A DNA stretch of 64,000 nucleotides, taken from a virus. The position numbers were made by a program, and so were the translations under genes. Within the stretch, counting starts at the first letter, position 1. Every line of letters begins with the position of its first letter. The notes beneath the pieces are model-generated. The model saw only the letters and a list, made by a program, of their open reading frames with translations, was not told the origin of the DNA and did no database searches. Positions 1 to 8,698 of the stretch are shown piece by piece. The DNA is taken from IMG/VR virus record IMGVR_UViG_3300020049_009119. One strand, given 5' to 3'.

Positions 1-61
1 TGATGAAATCTTGTGGGGCAAGTGCGGTGATTGCTTCGGTCATAAAATTCCTCCGTATTGG

Positions 62-1318
62 TTATGCAGCTTTCGCCGCCTTCTTCTCATTCAATTCCGC
101 CCACTGAATCAACAGCCCCGCCCACTGCTCCGCCTGCTCCGGCGTGAGTTCCTTGCGCGAATGGAACGGCCCGGTCCCTTCCCAGAAGTTCGCGTGCAAT
201 TCCGTCCGCCATTGATCAGCGGTGACGCCGGTGGATTCCAGACGCGTAGTGGCCACAAGCACGCTGAGCAGCGCAATCCAGCGCGCCGCCGCCGAATCAT
301 TCAGGTTCTTGCGGCTCTCAATTGAGAACCACTTTTTTAACTTGGCCCGCCATTCGGCTTCGGTAATACCAGCGGCTTCGGCGGCTTTGGTGGCATTTAC
401 AACGGCCAGGGCGGTGGCGGGAGAGCATGCCCACTGCTTCAGCCCCGCACCCGGCTCTGCCTTGGCCCGATATTCTTTCCCTGTCCACTCGGCCAGGTAT
501 TGGCTGAAGTGCTTTGCCCCCTCATCAATCCGGCTTCGCAGCAGGGCTTTGAACAGTTCCTGTTCTTCCAAATAGGCGGCGTCAGTCAAATGCCCGCCAA
601 TCCACGCCATCCGCAGCCAGAGCAGGTATGTGCTGGCCGTGTCGAATTCGTTATACGCAACAATCTCCGCCAGCTTTCCCGCTCGATACGCTTCCGCCAC
701 GCCACCGCCATGCACTTCGGAGATTTTGCCGGGGATGCCGCAGGCCGCGGCAAATTCACCGAGTTTCGGCTTCGCTCCGCCGCCTTCGCCAGCGAGGCAG
801 AGCATCAAATCAACGTTCGCATCGCTGAATTTGGCGAAGTAATCCGGTCCCTCCCACGGCTTATTGGGCCGCTCGCAATATGCCGGAATGGTCACACCCA
901 AGATCACGGCGCGCTGAAAAAGCGCCGTCTGGTCAAACCCAAACGAATTCCAGCCAACCACCTGCGCCTTGTTGCGCCCAATGAAGCTCAGCGTTCGGCG
1001 CACAATGTCGGCTTCGCTCAGTTGCTCGATCACGCCGTTGACTTTGGGCAGAGTGTGGAACTTGAGCGCCACCTTTCGCCCGCCGGGGAGCATTTGCGAT
1101 GTGCGGTAGAGGACGGAAACCGAAACCACCTTGTGAAACATTGCCTTCAGGAATGGCGTGGGGTTTTCCGGCGTTGCGCCATGCGCTTTGTAAGCGTGAG
1201 CAACCGCGTCTTCATCGCTCACGGTTGCGAGCAGAGAATATGCGCGCCGAATGGTTTCCACGTCCGGCACGGTTTCAATATCAATGACGGCGATTTTGTC
1301 GGCGGGAGTTTTGAACAT
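62..1318 (-). CDS. PolB-type 3'-5' exonuclease (DnaQ-like fold) with duplicated C-terminal module
   Basis: ExoI DIET, ExoII WNSFGFD, ExoIII YNEFD motifs. Confidence 0.8.
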   Translation of the reverse strand: MFKTPADKIAVIDIETVPDVETIRRAYSLLATVSDEDAVAHAYKAHGATPENPTPFLKAMFHKVVSVSVLYRTSQMLPGGRKVALKFHTLPKVNGVIEQLSEADIVRRTLSFIGRNKAQVVGWNSFGFDQTALFQRAVILGVTIPAYCERPNKPWEGPDYFAKFSDANVDLMLCLAGEGGGAKPKLGEFAAACGIPGKISEVHGGGVAEAYRAGKLAEIVAYNEFDTASTYLLWLRMAWIGGHLTDAAYLEEQELFKALLRSRIDEGAKHFSQYLAEWTGKEYRAKAEPGAGLKQWACSPATALAVVNATKAAEAAGITEAEWRAKLKKWFSIESRKNLNDSAAARWIALLSVLVATTRLESTGVTADQWRTELHANFWEGTGPFHSRKELTPEQAEQWAGLLIQWAELNEKKAAKAA

Positions 1319-1320
1319 GA

Positions 1321-2373
1321 CTACATTTCCTCCCCGACGAGTTCGGCGTCAATGACGGGCAGGTCCGCCGACACGGCATAGGCAACCGTCAGTTTCGAAT
1401 CAAGCGCCGCCTTTTGCTTTTCGCCCGTGCTCAGCCCGGCATATTTCGCATCAAACCACGCCTTGCCCGCGCGCTCGTTTTTCTTCAACTCAACGCAGTA
1501 CTTGTAGAGCGCGTCGTTCAGGGCAGAAGCGACTTCGCCGTCGGCCACGTCTTTTAACCACTCTTTATTTTCCGCTTTCTCGAAATCTGGATCGTCGTCA
1601 GGGTCTTCCTCCCCCGCTCCCAACAAGAGCGGTTCCGCCGTCTCGACCGCCGCCAGCGCCAGTTGCCGTTGCGCGGACAGGAATTTGACCGACCAGTCAG
1701 GGTCAACGTGAAGCTCCACCAGCCACTTTTTGACGTGCGCCCGCTTGCCGTCGCGTGGCGTTGCAATCTCGCGCTGAACGCGGGACAGGATGAATGGGAT
1801 TCGGCGCAGCCCGTCAGCCTGAAGCCCTTCGTAAAACGGCAACTTGCTATCGAAGAATCGAATATCGTGCTTGCTGTGCGTTTCGACCGTGACGACGCCC
1901 AATTCGTTCAATGCAGGGATGATTACCTCCAAGCGGCCAACTTGTTTGCAGCCTTTGTATTTGGCGTCTTCCGGCGTCATCGTCAGCGTCGGGCAGGGCT
2001 TGGGATCGGTGCGGTACTCGTTCCTGATGGCGTCATACCAGAGCACGCATGTCTCGCCGTCGCAGCGGTGCTCAATGCCGCCCGCAACGTATGCCTCTTT
2101 CCAGGCGGAAAAATTGTCTTCCGCGCGCGAAAACGGCAGAAAAACCGGGATGTGGCGCGGCTTGCCTGCGTCTTTTGCAAACGCTTCCTCAAACACTCGC
2201 GCAAGAAATGGAGCGCTTCCGTCCGGCTCAAATCGCCAGTGATCAAGCTCCTTGCCGAAGACTTGATAGTCGCCGCCGTTCTGCCGCTTCTTTGTTTCCT
2301 TCGGCGCGCCCTTGAACAACTTTCCAAGCCGTCTGGCCTTTGGAGCCAGTCCTGTTAGTCCGATGATTGCCAT
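1321..2373 (-). CDS. Gp3-like (recombination directionality factor-like) phage recombination protein
   Basis: N-terminus MAIIGLT...RLGKLFKG typical of the family; GGAGG RBS at 2382-2386; adjacent to exonuclease. Confidence 0.6.
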   Translation of the reverse strand: MAIIGLTGLAPKARRLGKLFKGAPKETKKRQNGGDYQVFGKELDHWRFEPDGSAPFLARVFEEAFAKDAGKPRHIPVFLPFSRAEDNFSAWKEAYVAGGIEHRCDGETCVLWYDAIRNEYRTDPKPCPTLTMTPEDAKYKGCKQVGRLEVIIPALNELGVVTVETHSKHDIRFFDSKLPFYEGLQADGLRRIPFILSRVQREIATPRDGKRAHVKKWLVELHVDPDWSVKFLSAQRQLALAAVETAEPLLLGAGEEDPDDDPDFEKAENKEWLKDVADGEVASALNDALYKYCVELKKNERAGKAWFDAKYAGLSTGEKQKAALDSKLTVAYAVSADLPVIDAELVGEEM

Positions 2374-2397
2374 AAAAATAACCTCCAATAAAAATTT

Positions 2398-2607
2398 CTA
2401 CACATCCCACCCATCAACCTGGGCACCCTTCGGCTGCGGGCGAATCATCCGTGCGAGTTTTCGATCCGCGCACGTTTCTGAACAAAAAATCTTGCCGTCC
2501 CGTTCGACCATTGCGGACGCCTTGACTTCGCCGGGACATCCAGCGCAGGCGATGCCGCGCACGTCGGGCATTAGTTCGGCGAGGTAGTTGATAAGGTCGG
2601 CGTCCAT
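2398..2607 (-). CDS. Small Cys-rich hypothetical protein
   Basis: CAGC...FCSETC motif; packed in operon. Confidence 0.55.
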   Translation of the reverse strand: MDADLINYLAELMPDVRGIACAGCPGEVKASAMVERDGKIFCSETCADRKLARMIRPQPKGAQVDGWDV

Positions 2608-2613
2608 TGCTTT

Positions 2614-2877
2614 TTATCTCTCGTGACTGACGTAAAAATGACTGGCCTTGTACGCCAGCAGTTTGCCAACTAAGCGATCCATCGTGCCGCCCGGCAGCGA
2701 ATCGCGCAGGGCGATAAAAATCTGCTCAGCTTCGGCGTCAAACACACGGCCAGCAGCGCCAAGGTCGGCGTCCTTTGGCATTTCGTGTTCGATGTTCCCG
2801 GCAATCAGGATTGAAGCGTTTTCAACCTTCCGCCCGCCGATTGGTGCTGCTTTGTGGACTGAGACTTCGTTCATCAC
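2614..2877 (-). CDS. Hypothetical protein
   Basis: GAGG RBS; operon packing. Confidence 0.6.
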   Translation of the reverse strand: MMNEVSVHKAAPIGGRKVENASILIAGNIEHEMPKDADLGAAGRVFDAEAEQIFIALRDSLPGGTMDRLVGKLLAYKASHFYVSHER

Positions 2878-3036
2878 TTCCTCGCTCTTCCTTCAAACCC
2901 CGGCTGCCACCATCTTCCCCAAAACAGCAACAGCCGGAATTCGTCAGTTCAGCAATCGTAAAAATCAAATTCCACGTTCTTTTTCCCCGGCAGCATCACT
3001 CTTCCCCGCGCCCTGCCGTGTAGCGCAAAGGGAATC

Positions 3037-3339
3037 TCAGCCCGCCAGACCAAGCGCGGCATACTGTTCGCGCTCGAAGTCAATGGCGTTGTTTCGGTGG
3101 TAGGTGTTTTGCGCGATCCGCTCGCGGTGGAGTAGCTGCCGCTGCTCAGCAACCTGAATCCGCGCCGTGAAGCGCTTGCCGGGCATCGTGCGATTTTCGC
3201 TGGCCGTTGAATCCGCATCTTCCTGCGGTGTCGGCGCTGGGTCGTATCGCTCGCCGCGCGCATCACAGGCAGCAATTTCGGCGCGAATGGCGCGCTCGAA
3301 GGCAGCAACGCGGGCGATGATTTCGGTGTGTGTGAGCAT
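3037..3339 (-). CDS. Hypothetical protein
   Basis: ORF track, co-oriented with operon; ATG at 3339 chosen. Confidence 0.45.
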   Translation of the reverse strand: MLTHTEIIARVAAFERAIRAEIAACDARGERYDPAPTPQEDADSTASENRTMPGKRFTARIQVAEQRQLLHRERIAQNTYHRNNAIDFEREQYAALGLAG

Positions 3340-3411
3340 TGGCGTGAATCCCAAAAAACGGGCGGTTTGCAGTCCCGCCCCAGGTTTTTACAGGCACTAT
3401 TTCGGCAAGCC

Positions 3412-3732
3412 TCAAAACACGCTAAAACCGCAATAGTGTTTGCAGCCGTAGCTGCGTGGACTCCGGCGCGTTGCCGGAAGATTGGCGGGGCGATCACTAC
3501 GCGGCCCTTGTGACGCAGCCTCTGCTTTGTCCCGCGCTCGCCCCCATAACTCGTTGTCAATCTCAAACCCGCCGCCGGTGACGCCGTTGTAGCTGTAGCC
3601 CGGCGGCGAGCGGTTGGTTCTCCATCTGGTTTCCTCAGTCGCGCTCCACCTGTTTATGGCCTCGTGAGCCGTGACATTGTTATGCGCGCTTTCAGGCATC
3701 TTGTCGGGATGCCCTGGAAATCTCGTTGTCAA
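3412..3732 (-). CDS. Hypothetical protein
   Basis: ORF track; 3' part overlaps structured element at 3360-3445. Confidence 0.4.
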   Translation of the reverse strand: MTTRFPGHPDKMPESAHNNVTAHEAINRWSATEETRWRTNRSPPGYSYNGVTGGGFEIDNELWGRARDKAEAASQGPRSDRPANLPATRRSPRSYGCKHYCGFSVF

Positions 3733-3906
3733 TCTTTCATCCCGCCGATCCGATCAGTCCCTCAAAATTGCCGGATTGGTGGGTGTGTGCTGCTTGCCTC
3801 AGCAGCCCGGTTGCACGCGGAAAACAATAGGAGGTTCAAAAACCGCGTGGCCGGAATCTCTGCGCCGTCGTTAGACCGCCTTCAGGCATAGGCGCAAAGC
3901 TCGTTC

Positions 3907-4158
3907 TCAGTTCGATCTGCGCGCCCCGTTGCGGTCGCGGCCCGCCAGCGCCTCGGCTCCCTGCTCCGACGCCGCCCGTAGCGATTTTGGGTATTGGGGC
4001 ATCTGGGGCGCGCAATTCCAATCCTGATGCTCGCGAAACCAGCGGGCGTTTTCCTCGGCGTTGCGGCGCGAGTCCTGCCACAATTCCAGGCCGATGAGAA
4101 CGAACACCAGGCAGGTAATCGCGCAGCCTGTAAACAGTCCCTGTTCAAAATCGTCCAT
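3907..4158 (-). CDS. Small membrane protein
   Basis: GGAG RBS; one hydrophobic segment LFTGCAITCLVFVLIGLELW. Confidence 0.55.
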   Translation of the reverse strand: MDDFEQGLFTGCAITCLVFVLIGLELWQDSRRNAEENARWFREHQDWNCAPQMPQYPKSLRAASEQGAEALAGRDRNGARRSN

Positions 4159-4497
4159 TGCCTTAATCTCCGGTTTCGCGCTAATCTTGGAACGGAAGCG
4201 AAACCGAGTGTTCCAGTCTGATCTCGCTTCCGTGGTTCGCTGCTCGGTCAACTGAGCAGCGAATCTGTTGATCCGGCGAGGCGAATCACCTGAGGCACCA
4301 TTTCCGATGATTCGCCCGCCTTCCTGCCTGAGTTTTCGTAGGCAACCCAAGCAAATCGAATCCGATTCGGGGAGATTCTTTTGCTTGTGTGTGTAAGTCC
4401 AAAATCATCTCAATTCCGCTCTCTACTCATTTTCCCGCCAGCCGTGGAGAGTCCCGGACAACTGGCGGTTCCTGCGCGCAATGGGATGCAGCGCGCA

Positions 4498-4650
4498 TTA
4501 CCAAGTCATCGCAGCCACTTCGACCGCGCTTTCAAACTGAGCACGCCGCCACGCAACTACTTCGGCGCACATTTCGCCCAGTTCAGCGACCGCCAATTTG
4601 ACGGCGGCGGCATATACGTCAACTTCCGGTTCGGCTCGTTCGTTACCCAT
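4498..4650 (-). CDS. 50-aa hypothetical protein (not in ORF track)
   Basis: MGNERAEPEVDVYAAAVKLAVAELGEMCAEVVAWRRAQFESAVEVAAMTW; GGAGGG RBS. Confidence 0.55.
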   Translation of the reverse strand: MGNERAEPEVDVYAAAVKLAVAELGEMCAEVVAWRRAQFESAVEVAAMTW

Positions 4651-4662
4651 TCCCCCGCCCTC

Positions 4663-4950
4663 CTATGCCGTGGCGCGTTCGCGCTCAACTGTTCCCGTGT
4701 TGCGGCCAGTGCAGCCGCCTGCGTTAATCCACGCCTTCACGTCCCGACCCCACGCCTGCTTGCCCACTGGCGAGCCAACCGTTTTCAAGTGGCCGTTGTT
4801 TGCGGCACGGTTGACGCTGGCGTAATCGCAGCCGATCAGCGCGGCAATCTCCGTCAGGCGATACAGCGCGCCATCTTCAATTGGCCGTTTGGCCTGGGCG
4901 GTAAGCAGTGCGTCGAGCTTGGCGTTGAGTTGTTCCAGGAATTCGTCCAT
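4663..4950 (-). CDS. Excisionase-like helix-turn-helix DNA-binding protein
   Basis: LYRLTEIAALIGCDYASVNRAANNGHLKTV; early operon position. Confidence 0.65.
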   Translation of the reverse strand: MDEFLEQLNAKLDALLTAQAKRPIEDGALYRLTEIAALIGCDYASVNRAANNGHLKTVGSPVGKQAWGRDVKAWINAGGCTGRNTGTVERERATA

Positions 4951-4962
4951 GTCGCTTCCTTT

Positions 4963-5199
4963 CTATGCTGCGAGCGGCAGTTGCATCCGGTCGTCGCGAA
5001 TGTCGGCGTACATCACAGGATCGTCGCCAAGCGCCAGCCGGTCAGCCTGCTGCTGGCGATGGTCACGGATCGCCCGGTTCGCAAATGCAACCGCATCATC
5101 GGCATTGCCGACGTTAAGCGCGGCGACCACTGCTGCCTGCCATTTGGCGGCGCTGTGCGCGTCGAGGGCGGCTTCGAGTTCGGCCATTGTGCGGATCAT
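4963..5199 (-). CDS. Hypothetical protein
   Basis: ORF track; operon packing. Confidence 0.5.
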   Translation of the reverse strand: MIRTMAELEAALDAHSAAKWQAAVVAALNVGNADDAVAFANRAIRDHRQQQADRLALGDDPVMYADIRDDRMQLPLAA

Positions 5200-5268
5200 C
5201 GTCGTAATCTCCGGGGCAACTCAGTTGGTAAAATCAGGCGGGAGGCACAGCCGCCGCGCGTGGGGCAA

Positions 5269-5595
5269 CTATTGCCAGCTTGCGGCCAACGCCGCCGCTG
5301 CTGGACTCACCTGTTGTTCGGCATCCATCCGCGCGCACTGGGCAGCGGCAAATCCCGCCAGCGATTCCGGCGTGACTTGCTCAAGCTCGCGAGCAGTGTT
5401 GGCCAGCTTCAGCGTGGTCAGGCTGGCATTGATGCATTCCTGCTTGGCGAACGTGCCGCTCAGCGCAAAGAGGATGTCGGCATCGCCCATTCCGGCGAAG
5501 TCCTTGCGTGTCAGGCTCAGCGTGCCGAGCAGGCGATCAACGCCGGCGTGCATCGCTTCGCGTTTGGCTTCCAGGTTGGTGAATTCGTTTTGCAT
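5269..5595 (-). CDS. Hypothetical protein, first gene of early leftward operon
   Basis: GGAGG RBS; downstream of promoter at 5636-5665. Confidence 0.65.
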   Translation of the reverse strand: MQNEFTNLEAKREAMHAGVDRLLGTLSLTRKDFAGMGDADILFALSGTFAKQECINASLTTLKLANTARELEQVTPESLAGFAAAQCARMDAEQQVSPAAAALAASWQ

Positions 5596-5635
5596 TGCTT
5601 TTTCCTCCGTTTGTTTTCTTTCTGGGGCGAGACGG

Positions 5636-5680
5636 AATGTACATTGACAATGTACGCCCTGTCAAGCAGCAATGTACATT
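5636..5680 (-). promoter_or_regulatory. Leftward sigma70 promoter overlapped by palindromic operators
   Basis: TTGACA (5665-5660) N18 TACATT (5641-5636); palindrome AATGTACATT at 5636-5645 and 5671-5680, partial AATGTAC at 5649-5655. Confidence 0.7.
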
Positions 5681-5907
5681 TTTTGCAAAGTTTTTTGGTC
5701 TACATTTACCAGGCTCTGAATCGAGACGCCGTAGAGCAGGCACAGTTTGGCAATCACGCTGGATGGCGGCTCGCCGCAATCGTTCTCATAGTTCCACAAC
5801 TGCTGGCGCGTAACGCCAATGGCACGAGCACTTTCGCTCAATCCTCGCTCGCCGCGAGCCTGACGGAGTTTCTCTGGATCAATCTTGATGTTCACTAACG
5901 CTTCCAT
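5662..5907 (-). CDS. Cro-like XRE helix-turn-helix regulator
   Basis: LRQARGERGLSESARAIGVTRQQLWNYEND...LCLLYGVSIQSL; divergent from cI-like gene. Confidence 0.85.
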   Translation of the reverse strand: MEALVNIKIDPEKLRQARGERGLSESARAIGVTRQQLWNYENDCGEPPSSVIAKLCLLYGVSIQSLVNVDQKTLQKMYIAA

Positions 5908-5913
5908 ACTGGG

Positions 5914-5956
5914 ATAATAATTTCACCTGTGCGTGTAAGTCAATTACCAATGTACA
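5914..5956 (-). promoter_or_regulatory. Promoter of cro-like gene with adjacent operator-like site
   Basis: TTGACT (5943-5938) N18 TATTAT (5919-5914); AATGTACA at 5949-5956. Confidence 0.55.
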
Positions 5957-6009
5957 ACAAAGACAATTCGCAATGCATTTTGCCGGTATACACTGATCGT
6001 GTACGTCCT

Positions 6010-6492
6010 ATGTCTACCCCTCAAAATCAATTCGGTGAGTGGCTGCGAGCGTGGCGAAAAGAAGCTGATCTAGGCCAGGCCGCTCTTGGCAAAAAGGTTG
6101 ACGTAACCAAGCAGCATATCAGCAACTTGGAGCGCGGCGAGGTCAGCAGTTACACAGGCGAGGCAATTCGTCCAAGTTTTGACCTGACGCTAAAGCTGGC
6201 CAGGGTGCTGAAACGGCCAATTGGCGAGGCCTGCGCAATGGCTGGATATGACCTACCCGAAGGCGAAGCGCAGCCCCAGCCGCAAACCGTGGAAGAGGCT
6301 CTTCAGCAGGCTGGCCACCTCTCCTCCCTCTCCGAATCCCAACTCGCGCTCATCCGCCCGCTGCTCGCCGCCATAGATCAAACCGTGGATGCGCTGACCA
6401 GACAAATCCCCGGCGGTGCAACGGTAAAATCCGTCGTGGAGGCGACTCCCGCCGACAACCCAATAGAAGAACCGGAACGGAAACGAGCGTAA
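6010..6492 (+). CDS. CI-like XRE repressor (no peptidase domain)
   Basis: FGEWLRAWRKEADLGQAALGKKVDVTKQHISNLERGE HTH; next to integrase. Confidence 0.85.
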   Translation: MSTPQNQFGEWLRAWRKEADLGQAALGKKVDVTKQHISNLERGEVSSYTGEAIRPSFDLTLKLARVLKRPIGEACAMAGYDLPEGEAQPQPQTVEEALQQAGHLSSLSESQLALIRPLLAAIDQTVDALTRQIPGGATVKSVVEATPADNPIEEPERKRA

Positions 6493-6622
6493 TTGCCTAC
6501 AACTTTGCTACCACAACCTCTGACAATCAATTATAATCTCACAGAATTGTAGGTTTGAGCGTATACTGTCTGCCCGCAATTCTGCGGCAGCTAATTGACA
6601 CAACACACAGGAGAACATCAAC

Positions 6623-6901
6623 ATGCAGCCTATTCTCTCCCCGGACGGGCGGGCTTCGTATCCGCCTGCCAATGGCGCGCACGTGACCGTGACCCTGATT
6701 AACGATGACGGCTCTGAATCGGTGCTATCAGGGACGACCACGGCTCAACCGACCAAGCGTAGACTGGGAATTCTGCTGGAAGGGCGCTTTTATTACGGCT
6801 ATGCCAATTCCTACTCCCCAGGCTACTACCGCCTGCTGATTGACTGTCAAATTAAAGTTGCACGGGCGTCTGACGTGCAACTCATCCTCCTGACCGGCTA
6901 A
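6623..6901 (+). CDS. Hypothetical protein in immunity region
   Basis: AGGAG RBS; followed by terminator. Confidence 0.65.
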   Translation: MQPILSPDGRASYPPANGAHVTVTLINDDGSESVLSGTTTAQPTKRRLGILLEGRFYYGYANSYSPGYYRLLIDCQIKVARASDVQLILLTG

Positions 6902-6931
6902 CTGTTTTACTGATTCTGACCTACTCTCAAC

Positions 6932-6962
6932 AAAAAGGCCCGGCAATGTATCGGGCCTTTTT
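6932..6962. terminator. Bidirectional intrinsic terminator
   Basis: AAAAAGGCCCG N9 CGGGCCTTTTT between convergent genes. Confidence 0.85.
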
Positions 6963-6964
6963 AA

Positions 6965-8146
6965 TTACCCATCCAGTAACCGCTCAATCTCCGAATACCC
7001 CAGCGCATCCCGCAACCCGTGCAGCACGTCGCGCGCGAATGCCCGCACTTCCTCTGCCGTCTGGTCGCCATGTGGCTGGAGCAGGCCACGCAAATGCGCT
7101 GCCGTGAGATTTGAATAGCGCAACCATTCCCCCGACTGGTGCGAATGGCCCGACGCCTGAAGCGCCAGCGTGAGCGGCACACCGGCGAGGATTGCGCGGC
7201 TCACAAACGCGTGGCGCAGGTCATGCAGATGCAGCCCCTCCACCCCTGCCGCTGCTTTCACGTTCCGCCACGCCCGGCTTATATTCCGCGCGCCGAACAA
7301 CGGCCCGTCCGTCCACGTATCCACCACGCCGCGAAGCGCCGCATCTACCCGCGCCGTCATTGGCACCACACGCGCCTTGTTCGTTTTTGCATTGATTGCT
7401 CGCAGCCGAATTCGCCGCTGTTCAAAATCCAGATCATTTATCTCCAGCGTCAGCAGTTCGTTTCGCCTTAGTCCCGTATCGGCGGCGACGATAATCAGCG
7501 GGCGCAAATAGGCGCGCGGCCCGACACACGCGGTCAGCAGCGCTATTTCTTCGCCGAATGTCGGCAGACGGTCGCGGGCAACCTCGCCGCTGGTATCAAT
7601 CAGCCTCCCCGCTCCTGGCGCGCTGAATGGATTGGCGCGCAATTGGCCGTTGTGAACTGCATAGTTGAAAACTGTTTTCAGTAGCGCCAGCGCCCGATTG
7701 ATTGCGGCGAGCGAACGCGGGGCGCCGGTTCGGGTCGGCAGATCGGCCAGGTGGAGCCGGTAGGATTCGAGATCGGAATGTTTAATGGTGGTGATTTTCT
7801 TGGCCCCGAAATAGTTTTCAGCGGCGCGTAGGAACGATTCAGGCGCAGTGAGTTCCCGCCGCCCGGCGATTTTTCGCTCGCCAACATACCGCGCTGGAAT
7901 GAGTTTCTTTTTTCGGTATTCTGCCGCCAGTTGCGCAAAAGTCATCTGGCCGGAGCGCAGTGTGAGCGGCTCGACTTCGTGCTGATTCAGTAATTCGCGG
8001 AGCAGCTTCTGCGCCTCGGTTTTGCTTTGCGCATAGCGGCGCACCACCCGCTCCCGCCCGGTTTCCGGATCGGTGGGATTGATGCGGGCGCACCAGCGAT
8101 TCCGCAGCCGGTCGAACTTTACCGAGCCTTTGAGTGGTTTTGCCAT
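6965..8146 (-). CDS. int: Tyrosine integrase with N-terminal arm-binding domain
   Basis: TGLRRNE (R), NAKT (K), HDLRH, SGH, LRY catalytic motifs; GGAGG RBS before MAKPLKG. Confidence 0.92.
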   Translation of the reverse strand: MAKPLKGSVKFDRLRNRWCARINPTDPETGRERVVRRYAQSKTEAQKLLRELLNQHEVEPLTLRSGQMTFAQLAAEYRKKKLIPARYVGERKIAGRRELTAPESFLRAAENYFGAKKITTIKHSDLESYRLHLADLPTRTGAPRSLAAINRALALLKTVFNYAVHNGQLRANPFSAPGAGRLIDTSGEVARDRLPTFGEEIALLTACVGPRAYLRPLIIVAADTGLRRNELLTLEINDLDFEQRRIRLRAINAKTNKARVVPMTARVDAALRGVVDTWTDGPLFGARNISRAWRNVKAAAGVEGLHLHDLRHAFVSRAILAGVPLTLALQASGHSHQSGEWLRYSNLTAAHLRGLLQPHGDQTAEEVRAFARDVLHGLRDALGYSEIERLLDG

Positions 8147-8269
8147 AGTGCCTCCTGTGCCGGATTGGTGTGTCGGATATAGTTGCACGCGGCGGAAACT
8201 ATCGGCAAGCGGCAGCAAGCGGAAAGGCGGGTTTTGTTGGACTTTTGACGCGAAGGCAACTGGCGGAAA

Positions 8270-8299
8270 TTGGGAGCAAGCGGCGCGGCTTGCTCCCAA
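8270..8299. repeat. Perfect 12-6-12 inverted repeat upstream of integrase (candidate attP core)
   Basis: TTGGGAGCAAGC ggcgcg GCTTGCTCCCAA. Confidence 0.6.
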
Positions 8300-8368
8300 G
8301 GCAAGACAGTGGGGTTTGCAGGTATTGAAGGCGCTGAACTTATGGCGATTCTGGCGCGGCTGTGCCGT

Positions 8369-8698
8369 TTATTGGGGCGGATTTGCCGTCTTCCGTGGCC
8401 GTTGCGCATTTTTCCGCACCGCCTTTGTCTTGCGCTGACTCTTCCTGCGCCCACCCTTCGCGCCACCAGCAGCCTTCCGCGCGCGATCCTCAACGTGATA
8501 GGCCCCGACGTGCGCCAGGCTGCGCAGGAGCCGTTCCTGCTCCGGTGACAGGCTCAGGCTGTCGAACAGCGATTCAAAGCGCGGCTCTTCCAATCGCCCG
8601 CGCAGGTGCATTGCGGCCATTGCGGCTTCTGTGATTTGGTCGAGCGTGGGCTTTGGTGTTACTGGAAATGGGTCAACCTTCATATTGCTTCGCCTCAT
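8369..8698 (-). CDS. Hypothetical protein with basic C-terminal tail
   Basis: Last gene of SNF2/IbrAB operon; tail GGAKGGRRKSQRKTKAVRKNAQRPRK. Confidence 0.6.
   Translation of the reverse strand: MRRSNMKVDPFPVTPKPTLDQITEAAMAAMHLRGRLEEPRFESLFDSLSLSPEQERLLRSLAHVGAYHVEDRARKAAGGAKGGRRKSQRKTKAVRKNAQRPRKTANPPQ

Noticed and set aside
3360-3385. tRNA-Cys-like anticodon arm (GACTGCAAA)
   Set aside because: No acceptor stem, D arm or TTC arm around it.
4381-5898. 505-aa + strand ORF
   Set aside because: Antisense shadow of five well-supported minus-strand genes; no motif or RBS. The same applies to other long antisense ORFs such as 500-1381, 9538-10701, 32614-33693 and 40768-41811.
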